A stretch of DNA of 59,147 bases, taken from NCBI GenBank assembly GCA_964511025.1, contig CAZEDK010000002.1, forward strand, positions 1 through 59,147. Reading direction: 5' to 3'. Origin of the DNA: an uncultured Candidatus Peribacteria bacterium. GTDB taxonomy: Bacteria > Patescibacteriota > Gracilibacteria > UBA1369 > GWF2-33-10. Positions 19,508 to 30,493 of this stretch are shown piece by piece (position 1 is the stretch's first letter; every line of letters starts with the position of its first letter). The translations under genes and the position numbers were made by a program. A model generated the notes under the pieces. That model was not told the origin of the DNA and ran no database searches. It saw nothing but the letters and a program-made list of their open reading frames with translations.

Positions 19508-21258
19508 AATGGTATTTTTTGGTAGAGTTTATCAACATAGTTTTCTACTTTGTGTTCATCTACATCAATTATGTCACATAACTTAAAAATCGAATATTTC
19601 CCTTCAAAAAATGTTCGGTCAAATTCATATCTTAAGCCAGTAGCTTCTTCCAGAACAGCTAAATTTAAATCCTTCTCAAATTGGATTAAAAATTTTGGTG
19701 TTGTCTTAATCAAATTTAACAGCATCGTCATTTTCCATTCAGGGAAAATGGGACTCATAAGAGAATCACAAGTATTCAGCCAAGGGACCGGTGAACGTCT
19801 CTCACATAACACATAAAGCTGAGGTACGCATCCCCAAACAAAAATGTGATCGTCATCAGTTGTATTGCTTTTTACATAACCCACAATTTCGGAGGCGGCA
19901 CGATTTTTCTCAAAAACATCACGATCAGAGTCTGCCCACAGCTTATAGTCAACCGGCTCTTTATTATTTACCAAAAAAAGTAATAGGAAAAACTTAACAT
20001 CCTTATATACACATACCACAGCAAGAAAACAAATTATTATAAACCACACTTGATTAAACGAAGATATATTCAACCATACCTTATATACACCTAATCCAGC
20101 TAATATGGAAACGGGAATTAATACAGGGATGTAATGAAAAGGCAAACACTTACCTTGTAAAACAATATTCGCAAGACACCCTATCAACCAGAAGATGGCA
20201 AAAAGTTCTACACTAAGATGAGGATATAGAAAAACACCAAAGCAACACAAAATTATCATAGAGCGACTGCTCAAATAAATATTCCTACCGTAATGCTTTG
20301 ATCTATAAAAAATTTTTCCACTCGTTACTAATCCATTAGAAACAAATTTTTCAAATCTTGTTCCTTCTACCTTATAGAGTAAAAATTGGAGAACCTTTTT
20401 TAATTTTTCATTTTTAACCCACTTATCAATTTTCCTCTCAATATCCTTAATCGTATCGGAAGGTTTCTTATAGTTAAGGGAAAGATACCCAAAAACCCCC
20501 AAATTTTCTTTAGTCAATAATCCTTTACTTTTTAAAACCACATAAAAAATTGCAAACGCGGCAAAAGTACCCATTACTGAAACTGGGAAATAAACCAACT
20601 TCCACATACTTATCATAAGGAATAACCACATAAAGAAATATTCCATCACCTGAGTAACTTTGAAAAAAAAAGCCGATAAGAACATTAAAAAAACAATTAA
20701 ACCAAGAAGATAGTTATCAGGTGTTTTTAAAAAGATTCCTATCAGAAGAAAAATAATAGCATTCACAAAATTTGTAGTCCGTTCAGATGTTTCATAGTGC
20801 ACACCTAAAAAAGGATTACTTGAGAAAAGAAGATAAATAGATGGTACAAAAAAAGAAAGAACTGCCTGATCATGAAGCAAAATTTTTAAAGCAAAAAAAA
20901 GAATGATTGCCGTGAAGCAATTTAACACGAGAAACATTTTTCTGGATATAGTTTCAGGATTACGAATACCAAATAATTTAAACCAAAAAATAAACAGAAA
21001 CATTGAACCTATACGAGCGCAACCCATAAGAATATTTAATTGTTGATTTAATCTTACCCCTCTCTTTCTGAAAGCAGCCCAATAAGCATGCCATCCTGCA
21101 TCCCTATGACACACTAAATTCATAAAAGGACGATTTGCAATCCAATAAAGTATAAAAACAGCTAAAAAACAACTATAAATAAGCATAGTAATTTTATATT
21201 TAGAAGAACGTTTCAAAAAATGTCTTAGCAGTACTCCATAATTGATTAACACGTACAC
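19486..21258 (-). CDS. Polytopic membrane protein, GT-C-like candidate (partner of GtrB-like copy 1)
   Basis: 590 aa. About 12 or more hydrophobic helices are followed by a soluble C-terminal domain of about 150 aa. An alternative start at Met25 (21186) would remove the 59-nt overlap with the upstream gene. Confidence 0.6.
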   Translation of the reverse strand: MYVLINYGVLLRHFLKRSSKYKITMLIYSCFLAVFILYWIANRPFMNLVCHRDAGWHAYWAAFRKRGVRLNQQLNILMGCARIGSMFLFIFWFKLFGIRNPETISRKMFLVLNCFTAIILFFALKILLHDQAVLSFFVPSIYLLFSSNPFLGVHYETSERTTNFVNAIIFLLIGIFLKTPDNYLLGLIVFLMFLSAFFFKVTQVMEYFFMWLFLMISMWKLVYFPVSVMGTFAAFAIFYVVLKSKGLLTKENLGVFGYLSLNYKKPSDTIKDIERKIDKWVKNEKLKKVLQFLLYKVEGTRFEKFVSNGLVTSGKIFYRSKHYGRNIYLSSRSMIILCCFGVFLYPHLSVELFAIFWLIGCLANIVLQGKCLPFHYIPVLIPVSILAGLGVYKVWLNISSFNQVWFIIICFLAVVCVYKDVKFFLLLFLVNNKEPVDYKLWADSDRDVFEKNRAASEIVGYVKSNTTDDDHIFVWGCVPQLYVLCERRSPVPWLNTCDSLMSPIFPEWKMTMLLNLIKTTPKFLIQFEKDLNLAVLEEATGLRYEFDRTFFEGKYSIFKLCDIIDVDEHKVENYVDKLYQKIPLCAEYSV

Positions 21259-22657
21259 GCTTCAATTGGTCACAAAACTGCTTTGGTCGAAAATAAAAAT
21301 CCCGTAATGCTTTTTTTTGTAATTTCTTCAACATATCGCCACTTAGCTCCGGAGTGTTCCATATTGGCTTATTTTTTGTATAGGATATATAGCTGGAGTA
21401 TCTAAGCCAAACAGAAGTATCTATAGAGCCATCTGGTCTTATACCCGTATCAATTTCTCCCTTTGCTTTGAGTTCATTAAATAATGGCGAACCAGGATAA
21501 GGCACCAATATGCTGAACTGCGCCATATCTAAGGGAAGTCCTTTGGCAAAACGAATAGTCTGCAAAGAATCATTATAGGTTTCACCCGGTAATCCCAAAA
21601 TAAATAGACCAGAAACCTTTATTTCTGTGACTCTCTTTACTATCTTAATAGCTTCCTCTATTTTATCTAAGCGTGTCCCTTTTCTAACGTTATCAAGTAA
21701 ACGTTGAACACCGGACTCAATCCCGAAAGCCATATCATAACAACCAGCCGATTCCATAATCTTTACAAGTTCTGCATCAATAAAACGTACATGCGCTTCA
21801 CAACCCCACTTGAAATCCAGATTACGTCTTTTAATCTCAGAGCAAATATCAATAACCCTCTTTTTGTTACTTATAAAAAGCGAATCCATAATGAAGATAT
21901 AATCAGCTTTATATTGTTTTACTAAGAGTTCCATCTCATCAACAACTTTTATTACATCATTTTGCCTCTGTCTATTTGAATTATGGACAACACAGAATGT
22001 GCAGCGATGAGGACAACCACGCGAGGTAAACATGTGCTTACCAATGGTGTTTTTCTTACCAGAATAAGGAAGATTACTTATTGAGGGAATATTATAGAAT
22101 TTTTGATTAACAAGGTCTCTGGCAGGAAAAGGCAGGTCAGTTAAATTCTCAACGATACGACTTCCAGGTGTTGTAACAAACTCACCGTTTTTCAAAAAAG
22201 AAACAGATGGAATATCCGAAAAATCTCTTCTCTGATTTTCCAGATTATGCAGAATTTTTAAAAAGGTATGTTCTCCTTCGCCATGAACAACAACATCACA
22301 ACACTTATTCCTTAAATATCCCTCTGCATATGCTTCGGCATGAACATTTCCAAGAATAACTATAATATGGGGTAGATTACTTTTTAACCACTTCCCCAAA
22401 TCATATAAAATCGCCCCGTTAGATGTGAATGAAGTAAAACCAATAACATCTGCTTGGGATTCCACCATTCTGTGCTTAAGCTCATTGACAGATAATCTTT
22501 CTACATACGCATCAATTACCGAAACATTATACCCGGCATTCCTTGCTATAGCGGCAACGTAAAGTATACCCAGAGGTTCAAAAGGGGTGATTAAATTGGC
22601 GCCTGCTCCTAACAGAGCTTCCAAATCATCAGGAGGATTGACCAACAAGACATTCAT
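21200..22657 (-). CDS. Class B (B12-binding domain) radical SAM enzyme
   Basis: 485 aa. The N-terminal region is VLLVNPP...LGILYVAAIARNAGY...VIGFTS, followed by FTSRGCPHRCTFCVV (CX3CX2C). Confidence 0.85.
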   Translation of the reverse strand: MNVLLVNPPDDLEALLGAGANLITPFEPLGILYVAAIARNAGYNVSVIDAYVERLSVNELKHRMVESQADVIGFTSFTSNGAILYDLGKWLKSNLPHIIVILGNVHAEAYAEGYLRNKCCDVVVHGEGEHTFLKILHNLENQRRDFSDIPSVSFLKNGEFVTTPGSRIVENLTDLPFPARDLVNQKFYNIPSISNLPYSGKKNTIGKHMFTSRGCPHRCTFCVVHNSNRQRQNDVIKVVDEMELLVKQYKADYIFIMDSLFISNKKRVIDICSEIKRRNLDFKWGCEAHVRFIDAELVKIMESAGCYDMAFGIESGVQRLLDNVRKGTRLDKIEEAIKIVKRVTEIKVSGLFILGLPGETYNDSLQTIRFAKGLPLDMAQFSILVPYPGSPLFNELKAKGEIDTGIRPDGSIDTSVWLRYSSYISYTKNKPIWNTPELSGDMLKKLQKKALRDFYFRPKQFCDQLKRVRVNQLWSTAKTFFETFF

Positions 22658-22660
22658 TAC

Positions 22661-23386
22661 TTATTTTTCTTTGATGCACGAAACCACAATTCTAACTGGG
22701 AATAGTAGAGAAGGAACAAATTTAATCTTTTCAATTGAAAAGATATCACGAACTATATTTTTTGCATAATCCAAATCAAAGCTATGCAAATGCCATTCTT
22801 CCGTCATATCCTTTGTAAATTTATATTTGCTAATCAAATTAATCATCTTATCGAGACAAGATAAATGCATCAATGTTTTCATTGAATTGATAAACCTTTC
22901 GTTAGGAACAGAAAAAGCAAAAAGCCCCTTTTCTTTTAAAAGACGGTAAGCTTCGTAACATATAGCCTTCGGATCCTTTACGTGTTCTAGAACTTCTGAA
23001 CAATAAATTTTATCAAACGTTTCGGATTTAAAAGGAGTTGTTTCACCATAACTTTGAATAAAATTGCTCTGAACATTATATCTCTTGGATTTTGCTATAT
23101 TAAGTAAGTCAATTGACAAATCAAGTCCAAAAATATAACCCTTGTCAAAAACTTCCATCAAATTTCCCGCACCGCAACCAAGTTCAAGAATTTTATCGTT
23201 TGGATTCACATTTAACAGCGTTAAAATTGCATTGATACGTAATTTCTCAATAATCTTTATAAGAAAAAAGGCATTCTTATGATATGTATCAGGATTATAT
23301 CTCTTTACCATACTATCGTTCCACAAACGAAATTCTTTATCGTTAATCATCACTCTATTCTCAATATCAGATACAAAAAAGCGCAT
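22661..23386 (-). CDS. Class I SAM-dependent methyltransferase
   Basis: 241 aa. Motif I is ILELGCGAGNLME, followed by GLDLS and IYCSEVLEHV. Confidence 0.8.
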   Translation of the reverse strand: MRFFVSDIENRVMINDKEFRLWNDSMVKRYNPDTYHKNAFFLIKIIEKLRINAILTLLNVNPNDKILELGCGAGNLMEVFDKGYIFGLDLSIDLLNIAKSKRYNVQSNFIQSYGETTPFKSETFDKIYCSEVLEHVKDPKAICYEAYRLLKEKGLFAFSVPNERFINSMKTLMHLSCLDKMINLISKYKFTKDMTEEWHLHSFDLDYAKNIVRDIFSIEKIKFVPSLLFPVRIVVSCIKEK

Positions 23387-23396
23387 GCCATCGCTC

Positions 23397-25043
23397 TTAA
23401 AGATTACCGTGTGGATAATTTAAATAATCTTCTCTACCAGATTTTAGAAAACGCCTCAATCCCTGAACGAAGCTTGACTTTTCAAACTCATTTCTATTTT
23501 TAAATAACGGATGAAATCGCATTGTTGCCTTTTCGTCTCTATAATATCCATGTTCTAAAAGATCGAGTTGTATAGGGCGCAAAATAAATATTCCATAAGC
23601 ATAACGGCGGGCAAGTTCTTTTGCTTCTTCTGACATTGGTTGTATATCTTGTAGTGCTTGAATGCATTCAAGGTATGCCTCTCTAGAATCAAAATCATGT
23701 GTAAAACCAAGCCTGTCGTATCGGCCTGTACCCGCAGTAAGGGTATTTATACCCATTGCAGATGCCTCAATTCCAATAGTTCCGCGTACAGTAAGACAAT
23801 AATCCATTGTTTCAAAAAGACTAAATGTATTAATATCACTCTCAGGAGGAATAACTTTAATATGTTCAGGCAATTGACCTAGTGTTTCATAAACTGCCTT
23901 TAACTCTACATGCTCTCCTCTATAATTATCCCGCCTTGCCTTAACCACGTTTGCAGGATGAACTTTTATAATCCAGTTAAGGTTTTTATTATTAGCAGCA
24001 ACCTTAAGCACATTTATAAACCAGTCGTAGTAATCTTCAAACAGATCTTCACCCCAGAAGAAAGTGGCATCCCAGAACATATGGGGAAATATTACGGCAG
24101 TTTTTTTACTTAAATCCAATTGTAACTTAGATTCAATATCTTTTTTAGAATAAACTACTTTATTAAACTGAGTTCCAACCTCACTAAACCAGTCCCCACT
24201 TTTATAAGTTCTTTCCAGCTCATTACAGAGATCTATCCATAAACCATCATTCCATTCTATATTCTTCACATAGTTCAAAGATTCCGCTGATAAAGAGTGA
24301 GGATGAACATTGCTTGTTTTTAGACTAGAATATCGTTTAAGTATTTCCCAGCCACTTTTATGTGCAGCGCAACGTTGAACCACCGGAATCTCGTATCTTA
24401 GACATATATCAAAAAGCTGTCCTCCTGGAGTGTAACCACGATCGTTTACACACACCAAGTCAGGAGCAACTTTTCTTAATATAATTTCTACCACAATTGC
24501 AGCTCTTAGTGAATAAGCAAGCTGCTCAATAAACAATGCCCTTATTTTATCGTCTCTCAAATTAAAATTGCTTTGTCTGGTTAACCTCATAATGGACGAA
24601 GCCGCATGTTTACCAACTTGAATACCATTTCTCGTCAATTCCAAAACATCTTCTAAGGTTACATTTTTAGCTAAATTTTCAGCTTCGGCTTTAATTCGCT
24701 TTAAGGATAGGCTTTTGAAATAATCTTCGTAATAATATAAATTTTTAATTCCAAAGATTTTAAAGATTTTTTCAACAAAAGGGTCATATGCTGTCAGTAT
24801 GTATGCTTCATACCCAAGGGTCTCTAATGCCTTTGCGTAAATTGCCTCAGTTCCAGCCCCATACCAGCCTATGCTAGCAATTAGAACCTTATTATTAGCT
24901 GAATTAACAGATAACCTTTCACATATAAACGAAGGCACATTCTGTTTGAGATGTAAAAAAGCGGCCTTTGCAGGTGCATATCTTGATAAATAACTTCCTA
25001 CTAATTTTTTCGCAGTAACCTTTAAATAAAAATTCAAATCCAC
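23397..25043 (-). CDS. Protein of uncertain function, resembling capsule-biosynthesis (KpsC/KpsS/LpsZ-type) proteins; possible keto-acid sugar transferase
   Basis: 548 aa. AVIFPHMFWDATFFWGEDLF...NWIIKVHPAN resembles the conserved core of the Capsule_synth family as I remember it. The call is weak. Confidence 0.35.
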   Translation of the reverse strand: MDLNFYLKVTAKKLVGSYLSRYAPAKAAFLHLKQNVPSFICERLSVNSANNKVLIASIGWYGAGTEAIYAKALETLGYEAYILTAYDPFVEKIFKIFGIKNLYYYEDYFKSLSLKRIKAEAENLAKNVTLEDVLELTRNGIQVGKHAASSIMRLTRQSNFNLRDDKIRALFIEQLAYSLRAAIVVEIILRKVAPDLVCVNDRGYTPGGQLFDICLRYEIPVVQRCAAHKSGWEILKRYSSLKTSNVHPHSLSAESLNYVKNIEWNDGLWIDLCNELERTYKSGDWFSEVGTQFNKVVYSKKDIESKLQLDLSKKTAVIFPHMFWDATFFWGEDLFEDYYDWFINVLKVAANNKNLNWIIKVHPANVVKARRDNYRGEHVELKAVYETLGQLPEHIKVIPPESDINTFSLFETMDYCLTVRGTIGIEASAMGINTLTAGTGRYDRLGFTHDFDSREAYLECIQALQDIQPMSEEAKELARRYAYGIFILRPIQLDLLEHGYYRDEKATMRFHPLFKNRNEFEKSSFVQGLRRFLKSGREDYLNYPHGNL

Positions 25044-25084
25044 GATTATTAATATTTTAAAGTTAATTTCATGCCTAGCAACTA

Positions 25085-26071
25085 TTACGGTCCTTCGTCA
25101 TAAAGATTCTCCCATCTATCAAAGATTACCCCTGACTTAAATACCCTTTTTATCCCTTCCTCAAGAGGAACATCTGCCTTCCATCCAAGCAGACTCTTTG
25201 CCTTGGTGGCAATACAGAATCGTTCAAATATCTCTCGCCCTTCATGCCTGTCACTACCATTAAAATTCCTGCAATATTCGGGACTTAAAACGCCACATTT
25301 ACCACCTATTTTAATAACCATATGAGCTAGATCATTAAGACTAATAGGACGATCCCCACTACCAATATTGATAATTTCACTATTGGATTTGTCATTAAAA
25401 GCTGTCATTATAGTTGCCTTAGCTATATCAGAAACATATGTATAAGACCTAATCTGCCTTCCATCTCCATAAATAATTGGTGGTTTACCATGCATTACAT
25501 TATGTATAAATTTCGTAATAACAAATTGTGCAACTTGGTAAGGTCCGTAACAATTGAAATATCTTAGTATAGTGTAATTTATGGGATATATTTGAGTATA
25601 TGCTTTACAAAGTTCTTCTCCTGCAAGCTTTGTAACTGCGTAAACTGTTTTACCTTGTGTAATAGATTGTTCTGTTATAGGATTTTCTATAGGCTCTCCA
25701 TAAACCTCCGAGGATGATGCAAAAATTATCTTTTTTATTCTCTGTTGAACAGCGCAATCCAACACATTTTTTGTTCCATTTATGTTAATTTCTATGCAGT
25801 GTAATCTTTCTTTCTCTGAACGTTTGACTCCAAGAAGTGCGGCTAGATGAATGACAACGTCGCATTTAGCCATAGCTGCCCTCAAACTTGTTGGATCTAA
25901 AATGGACCCGTAAAATAATTTAATATTGTCTTTTGTTAAATGCTTAATCCTCGAAATCTGCTCCCCAAGGTCAAACATATGAACTTCGTGCCCTTGCTCT
26001 GCAAGCTGATGGCATACTTCAAGTCCGATTAAACCCGCACCACCAGTTACCATTATCTTTTTTATACTCAT
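25085..26071 (-). CDS. NAD-dependent nucleotide-sugar epimerase/dehydratase (extended SDR)
   Basis: 328 aa. Motifs: IMVTGGAGLIGLEV and the canonical YAVTK (YxxxK). Confidence 0.85.
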   Translation of the reverse strand: MSIKKIMVTGGAGLIGLEVCHQLAEQGHEVHMFDLGEQISRIKHLTKDNIKLFYGSILDPTSLRAAMAKCDVVIHLAALLGVKRSEKERLHCIEININGTKNVLDCAVQQRIKKIIFASSSEVYGEPIENPITEQSITQGKTVYAVTKLAGEELCKAYTQIYPINYTILRYFNCYGPYQVAQFVITKFIHNVMHGKPPIIYGDGRQIRSYTYVSDIAKATIMTAFNDKSNSEIINIGSGDRPISLNDLAHMVIKIGGKCGVLSPEYCRNFNGSDRHEGREIFERFCIATKAKSLLGWKADVPLEEGIKRVFKSGVIFDRWENLYDEGP

Positions 26072-26107
26072 AAAAATCTCAATGTGGATAAGTTAATTCA
26101 AAAAAAC

Positions 26108-27271
26108 TTAATATACTATTTTTTTATCCAGAAGCTGTTCATTCAATTCAATATCTTCAAGAATCTTTACAATTCTTTCTGAACTTTTTCCATCTCCATA
26201 AGGATTTATACAATTTTTCAAATCCTTCTTAAAATCATTATCAAATAATGCCTTATTTATAGCATTAGCAATTTCTACACGCTCATGTGACACATTAATA
26301 ACATTATTGGCTTGCACACGTCCTCGTTGTCTATTCCCAATATTTACAGCTGGCAATTTAAAAGAAGGCGCTTCCAAAATTCCACAACTCGAATTTCCTA
26401 CGATCACACTAACTTCTTTTAATAAACTGATAAAAACTTGCCTTTCCATGTTTCTATATGTATGAATAAATGGAAGGTTTTCATATTCCTTAATAGCTCG
26501 GATAATCTCTGTCCCGCCAGAATCTACATTAGGGTATACAATCAAAGTCTGAATTTTTAATTCAGCAATAGCTTCCATCGTTTGTTTAGCCTGGTTATAA
26601 GATTCATCATTCTCAACTAAAACAGGATGTTGCAATACTAAAATTGTTGGCAAGCAAAGAGCGATACCTAACTTTTCATTAAGTTTCTTTTTAGATAATT
26701 TTGGATCATGAATGATGGCATCAAGCTGAGGAGCCCCAACATCAAAAATTCTCCACTTTTCTTCACCCATTTTCTCTACTCTTATTGCTGAATCTTCACA
26801 TGATGGAAAATGGATGTGGCTTAGTTTTGTAATTGCATGTCGCGCAGAACCATCAATATGCCCCGATACATCCCCAGCTTGTATATGGGCAACAGGAATG
26901 TTCATATAAGCGGCAGTTATAGCAGCCGCAAACATCTCTGCTCTATCGCCTGTTACAAGTACTATATCCGGTCGTAACATACTAAAGACTTGCGCCAAAT
27001 TCTGTATTTCAACACCAATAGATTTTGCCCAGGCAGATGGTGTATCACCTCCCACCATCATCTCCACTCTTGCTATAATGGGAAATCCATCTGCTTCAAT
27101 ATCTTTAACTGTATAACCATATTCTTTTAGAAGGTGCATACCTGTTACTATCAACTGGAGTTCTAACCTATCGGATTTATTAATTAAATTAATAACTTTG
27201 CGCTTATAACCATAAGTAGCGCGAGATGAAGCAATTACAGCAATTCTTCTCTTCATTCCATGTAACTCCAC
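26108..27271 (-). CDS. neuC: UDP-N-acetylglucosamine 2-epimerase, hydrolysing type (NeuC-like)
   Basis: 387 aa. Motifs: RRIAVIASSRATYGY, GDRAEMFAAA, VAHIQAGDVSGHIDGSARHAITKLSHIHF. The likely start is Met6 (27256), giving a short overlap with neuB. Confidence 0.8.
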   Translation of the reverse strand: MELHGMKRRIAVIASSRATYGYKRKVINLINKSDRLELQLIVTGMHLLKEYGYTVKDIEADGFPIIARVEMMVGGDTPSAWAKSIGVEIQNLAQVFSMLRPDIVLVTGDRAEMFAAAITAAYMNIPVAHIQAGDVSGHIDGSARHAITKLSHIHFPSCEDSAIRVEKMGEEKWRIFDVGAPQLDAIIHDPKLSKKKLNEKLGIALCLPTILVLQHPVLVENDESYNQAKQTMEAIAELKIQTLIVYPNVDSGGTEIIRAIKEYENLPFIHTYRNMERQVFISLLKEVSVIVGNSSCGILEAPSFKLPAVNIGNRQRGRVQANNVINVSHERVEIANAINKALFDNDFKKDLKNCINPYGDGKSSERIVKILEDIELNEQLLDKKIVY

Positions 27272-28290
27272 TTTATTTGTACTCCTTTGGGAATCGCTAC
27301 TTTTACTTTCTTACCTATAACCTTATTTAAATCTTTTGCAGGAACCACATCATTCCCAGGACTGGGTCTCTTTACCCAGACCATTTCTGAAGTAATCTTC
27401 GTCCCTTTAGGTATGTCAACTTCTGAAACCACGCTCTCACGTGCCCATGAGACAATTTGTTGCTCTTCTGTAAATATTTTTCTCTCAGATCCCATTGCCA
27501 TATACACTGCCTTTACACCCTTTACCAATTCACCCAATTCATAGGGTTCAATTGATGAAGCATGATCCGGACCTTTTTGTAACTTATCTAAAGTAAAATG
27601 TTTTTCTATCACACATGCTCCTAACGCTACTGCACCAAGTGCAGTATATATCCCTCGAGAATGATCAGACAGTCCTATAGGAATGCTAAAAGACTCTTTG
27701 TACTTTTGTATCATTCTTAAATTTACTATATTATAAGGTGTCGGGTATGCGGAAACACAGTGAGTTAATATAAAGGGTGTTCCAATACTCTTTATAAGGT
27801 TAACTGTTTCTTCAACTTCCTTAATAACTGACATCCCAGTTGAAACAATCATTGGTTTTCCCTTGCGGGCAATGTGTTCAATAAGGGGTAAATTTGTTAA
27901 TTCTCCAGATCCTGTTTTGTAAGAATCTACACCAATGTCTTCAAGAAGTTCCACGCCGTCTCTGCTAAATGGTGTACATAAATAAAATATGCCTAGCTGT
28001 TCGCATAATTTTTTTAGTCTGATATGTTCGTCGAGGCTTAAGTTTGTACGCTCAAGTGTATCCCACAGAGGTTCTTCAAAGTTATTCGATTGAGGCGTTT
28101 CACGAAGCATTTCATTCTCCAGAACATGGATTTGAAACTTAATACAATCTGCCCCCATAGCGTGTGCAATATAAACCATCTGTTCAGCAATACGAATATC
28201 CCCTTCATGATTAATACATGCCTCAGCAATAATAAAAGGTTTATAATCCGGACCTATTGGCCTATTCTTTATTGTTACAGGTCTAATCAT
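27253..28290 (-). CDS. neuB: Nonulosonic acid synthase (NeuB family: N-acetylneuraminate, legionaminate or pseudaminate synthase)
   Basis: 345 aa. Motifs: KPFIIAEACINHEGDIRIAEQMV, CVSAYPTP, GLSDHS, and a C-terminal SAF-like domain (DIPKGTKITSEMV). Confidence 0.85.
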   Translation of the reverse strand: MIRPVTIKNRPIGPDYKPFIIAEACINHEGDIRIAEQMVYIAHAMGADCIKFQIHVLENEMLRETPQSNNFEEPLWDTLERTNLSLDEHIRLKKLCEQLGIFYLCTPFSRDGVELLEDIGVDSYKTGSGELTNLPLIEHIARKGKPMIVSTGMSVIKEVEETVNLIKSIGTPFILTHCVSAYPTPYNIVNLRMIQKYKESFSIPIGLSDHSRGIYTALGAVALGACVIEKHFTLDKLQKGPDHASSIEPYELGELVKGVKAVYMAMGSERKIFTEEQQIVSWARESVVSEVDIPKGTKITSEMVWVKRPSPGNDVVPAKDLNKVIGKKVKVAIPKGVQIKWSYME

Positions 28291-28302
28291 TATAAAAACC
28301 TA

Positions 28303-28977
28303 TTACGTGGTTTTAAGCTTCATATAAACTTCTGCAAACTCGAAATCAAAAGGAGTATTAATGTCGATAGCCTCTTCTTCCGAAACGATTACAGGATATA
28401 ATATATCTCCCAAAACTGATTTTTTCTGTCGTAAGATATTTGTTTTCGTGCCATATATCGTACTGCTTTCCTTATACAACGGTATCCTTTCTTGGCGTCT
28501 TCTGGATTGTCCAGGAAACAAAAATTCAAACTTGCCATCTATTATTTTCCCATAACAGCTCCTGGACTCTATCACCCCAATAACCGAATCAGCCTCCGTA
28601 GTTTTAAAAACTTCTACACACCTATCAATTAGTTGTGGCGTTCGAAAAGGAGACGTGGGTTCTAATGTAAGAACGATATCTGGCTCAAAACCATACATGC
28701 GCTTTAATTCATCAAGAACGTGAAGTAATGCCCATTCTGTTGGCGTTTCATCAGTTGCCAGTTCTGCAGGTCGTACAATGACTTCTGTATTAAATTCCTT
28801 GGCAACTTGAGCAATTTGTGGATGATCAGTAGAAACAACTAACTTATTTATAGATATAGACTTCTGTGCAGATTCTATTGTATATGCTATTAACGGTTTA
28901 CCGCAAAGCTCTCTAATATTTTTAAGAGGAACAGACTTAGAACCCCCGCGGGCAGGAATAACTGCTAAAACTACCAA
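28303..28977 (-). CDS. neuA: CMP-nonulosonic acid synthetase (acylneuraminate cytidylyltransferase)
   Basis: 224 aa. Motif: AVIPARGGSKSVPLKNIRELCGKPLIAYTI. Confidence 0.85.
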   Translation of the reverse strand: MVVLAVIPARGGSKSVPLKNIRELCGKPLIAYTIESAQKSISINKLVVSTDHPQIAQVAKEFNTEVIVRPAELATDETPTEWALLHVLDELKRMYGFEPDIVLTLEPTSPFRTPQLIDRCVEVFKTTEADSVIGVIESRSCYGKIIDGKFEFLFPGQSRRRQERIPLYKESSTIYGTKTNILRQKKSVLGDILYPVIVSEEEAIDINTPFDFEFAEVYMKLKTT

Positions 28978-29043
28978 TTATTAATCCTCAAATAATGGCT
29001 GACAAATACTACAAAATTAGAGATATAAACAATATTTCTTTAA

Positions 29044-30174
29044 TTATGCTTGGAAGAAAGTGCTTACAACATGGCATCCTTTACAAGCCTTTATTTGGGA
29101 TCTTTTTCCTTCAAAATGGTTTTTACGAAATACTGTATAATGTTTACCCCTCCATATTTGTGCAAAACTATCTTTTTCTATGTTGCCAAGATCTATAATT
29201 TCAGGGTTATATGAGAGTTCGCAACAAGGTAAAACTCTTCCATCCCAGTGTATGACTGCTGAATTCCATAAAAAAGGACACGGTTTATTGGTTGTCTCTG
29301 TTGCCGCATAGTTATCTAAACTACTTCTGTAAGGCAAGATACTTTTAGGTGCAAATTCTTTAACCTGTTCAACATCAAAGAACTGTCCTGGACGCGGAAT
29401 AACTAAATTAACACCCAGAGATAAAAATTGTTTCTTATCTTCGTTAAATAAATGTTCATTATAAGAAAAAATTAGATACCGAATTGCTATAATTGTAGAG
29501 ACATTCATCGCTCTCTTAGTCTTACAAAGATTAGAAATTCCTTCTTTAACTTTTTCAATACTTCCACCTCTATGGTATTTAATATAGGTTTCCTGATGGA
29601 AACCACTAACTGAAATAATAATCAAATCCGGTTTACCTTGAAGAATCTTTTTACAATTTTCCATAGTAAAAAAATGCCCGTTAGTAGAAATGATTGTTGC
29701 AATTCTATTTTTTGTTGCATATGCCACCATATCAGGCAAATACTTATTCATGAAAGGTTCACCAGAGGAGTACAATAACAAAAAAAGTAACCTATCGCTA
29801 AGTTCGTCTACAACTTTCTTAAAAATATCAAATTTCAAACTTCCTAAAGTTAAAGCCTTGAATTTGCTTTCTTCATTGACATGGCCATGCTTATTAAATA
29901 AATCAACCCTGTTAGATAGTTGACCTTCGCTATTTCTACAACGAGGGCAGGAAAGATTACACAAAGAAGATACCTCTACCATTATTGTGGAAGGAAAAGG
30001 AGGTTCTACTGACAATCTAAACACATAGATGCACTTTGCTTTCAAAAAATTGATAATTTTTTTACGTGTTAATTTTCTTTCCTTTAATACGACAAAAATA
30101 AGTAACATCAGGAGTCTCAAGTTCCGTACATAATGAGGTATTCCTGAGTAATTAATAATTTTATTTATGTTCAT
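29044..30174 (-). CDS. Radical SAM / SPASM-domain enzyme with an N-terminal membrane anchor
   Basis: 376 aa. There is an N-terminal hydrophobic helix (LRLLMLLIFVVL), then VEVSSLCNLSCPRCRN (CX3CX2C) and SSGEPFMN. The C-terminal SPASM-like region is CPFLWNSAVIHWDGRVLPCC...CKGC. Confidence 0.8.
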   Translation of the reverse strand: MNINKIINYSGIPHYVRNLRLLMLLIFVVLKERKLTRKKIINFLKAKCIYVFRLSVEPPFPSTIMVEVSSLCNLSCPRCRNSEGQLSNRVDLFNKHGHVNEESKFKALTLGSLKFDIFKKVVDELSDRLLFLLLYSSGEPFMNKYLPDMVAYATKNRIATIISTNGHFFTMENCKKILQGKPDLIIISVSGFHQETYIKYHRGGSIEKVKEGISNLCKTKRAMNVSTIIAIRYLIFSYNEHLFNEDKKQFLSLGVNLVIPRPGQFFDVEQVKEFAPKSILPYRSSLDNYAATETTNKPCPFLWNSAVIHWDGRVLPCCELSYNPEIIDLGNIEKDSFAQIWRGKHYTVFRKNHFEGKRSQIKACKGCHVVSTFFQA

Positions 30175-30493
30175 TAAGTTTTCAAAGTAGCAAAAGCATG
30201 AAATCCAAAGAGCCGAATTTAATTATTCTCACACTTTTCAGAATGCCTATGAGCTTCCCACCGTAAGTGTATCCAATCAGAAGCACTCATTTTATATCAG
30301 AATTCAACACGGGTTATTCAATTTCACAAAATACCCTTTGATACAATACCTTCGTTTTACCAAGTAACATTGATTAATTTAGAAAAAATAACAGTGAGCC
30401 ATGCAGAAATTAATTCTACAAGATGTACGACATGAAATTTAGAAGGAATAAAAGCTTTCAGTAGATTAAAATCATAATTTCTTAAAAATAAAC

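Noticed and set aside
30219-30290. 23-codon minus-strand ORF (MSASDWIHLRWEAHRHSEKCENN) upstream of the SPASM radical SAM gene, considered as a RiPP precursor peptide
   Set aside because: It has no ribosome-binding signal, no repeated Cys/Ser/Thr core or leader-like features, and no peptidase, transporter or RiPP recognition element gene nearby. The context is overwhelmingly nucleotide-sugar metabolism. An ORF of this size is expected by chance in a 319-bp spacer.
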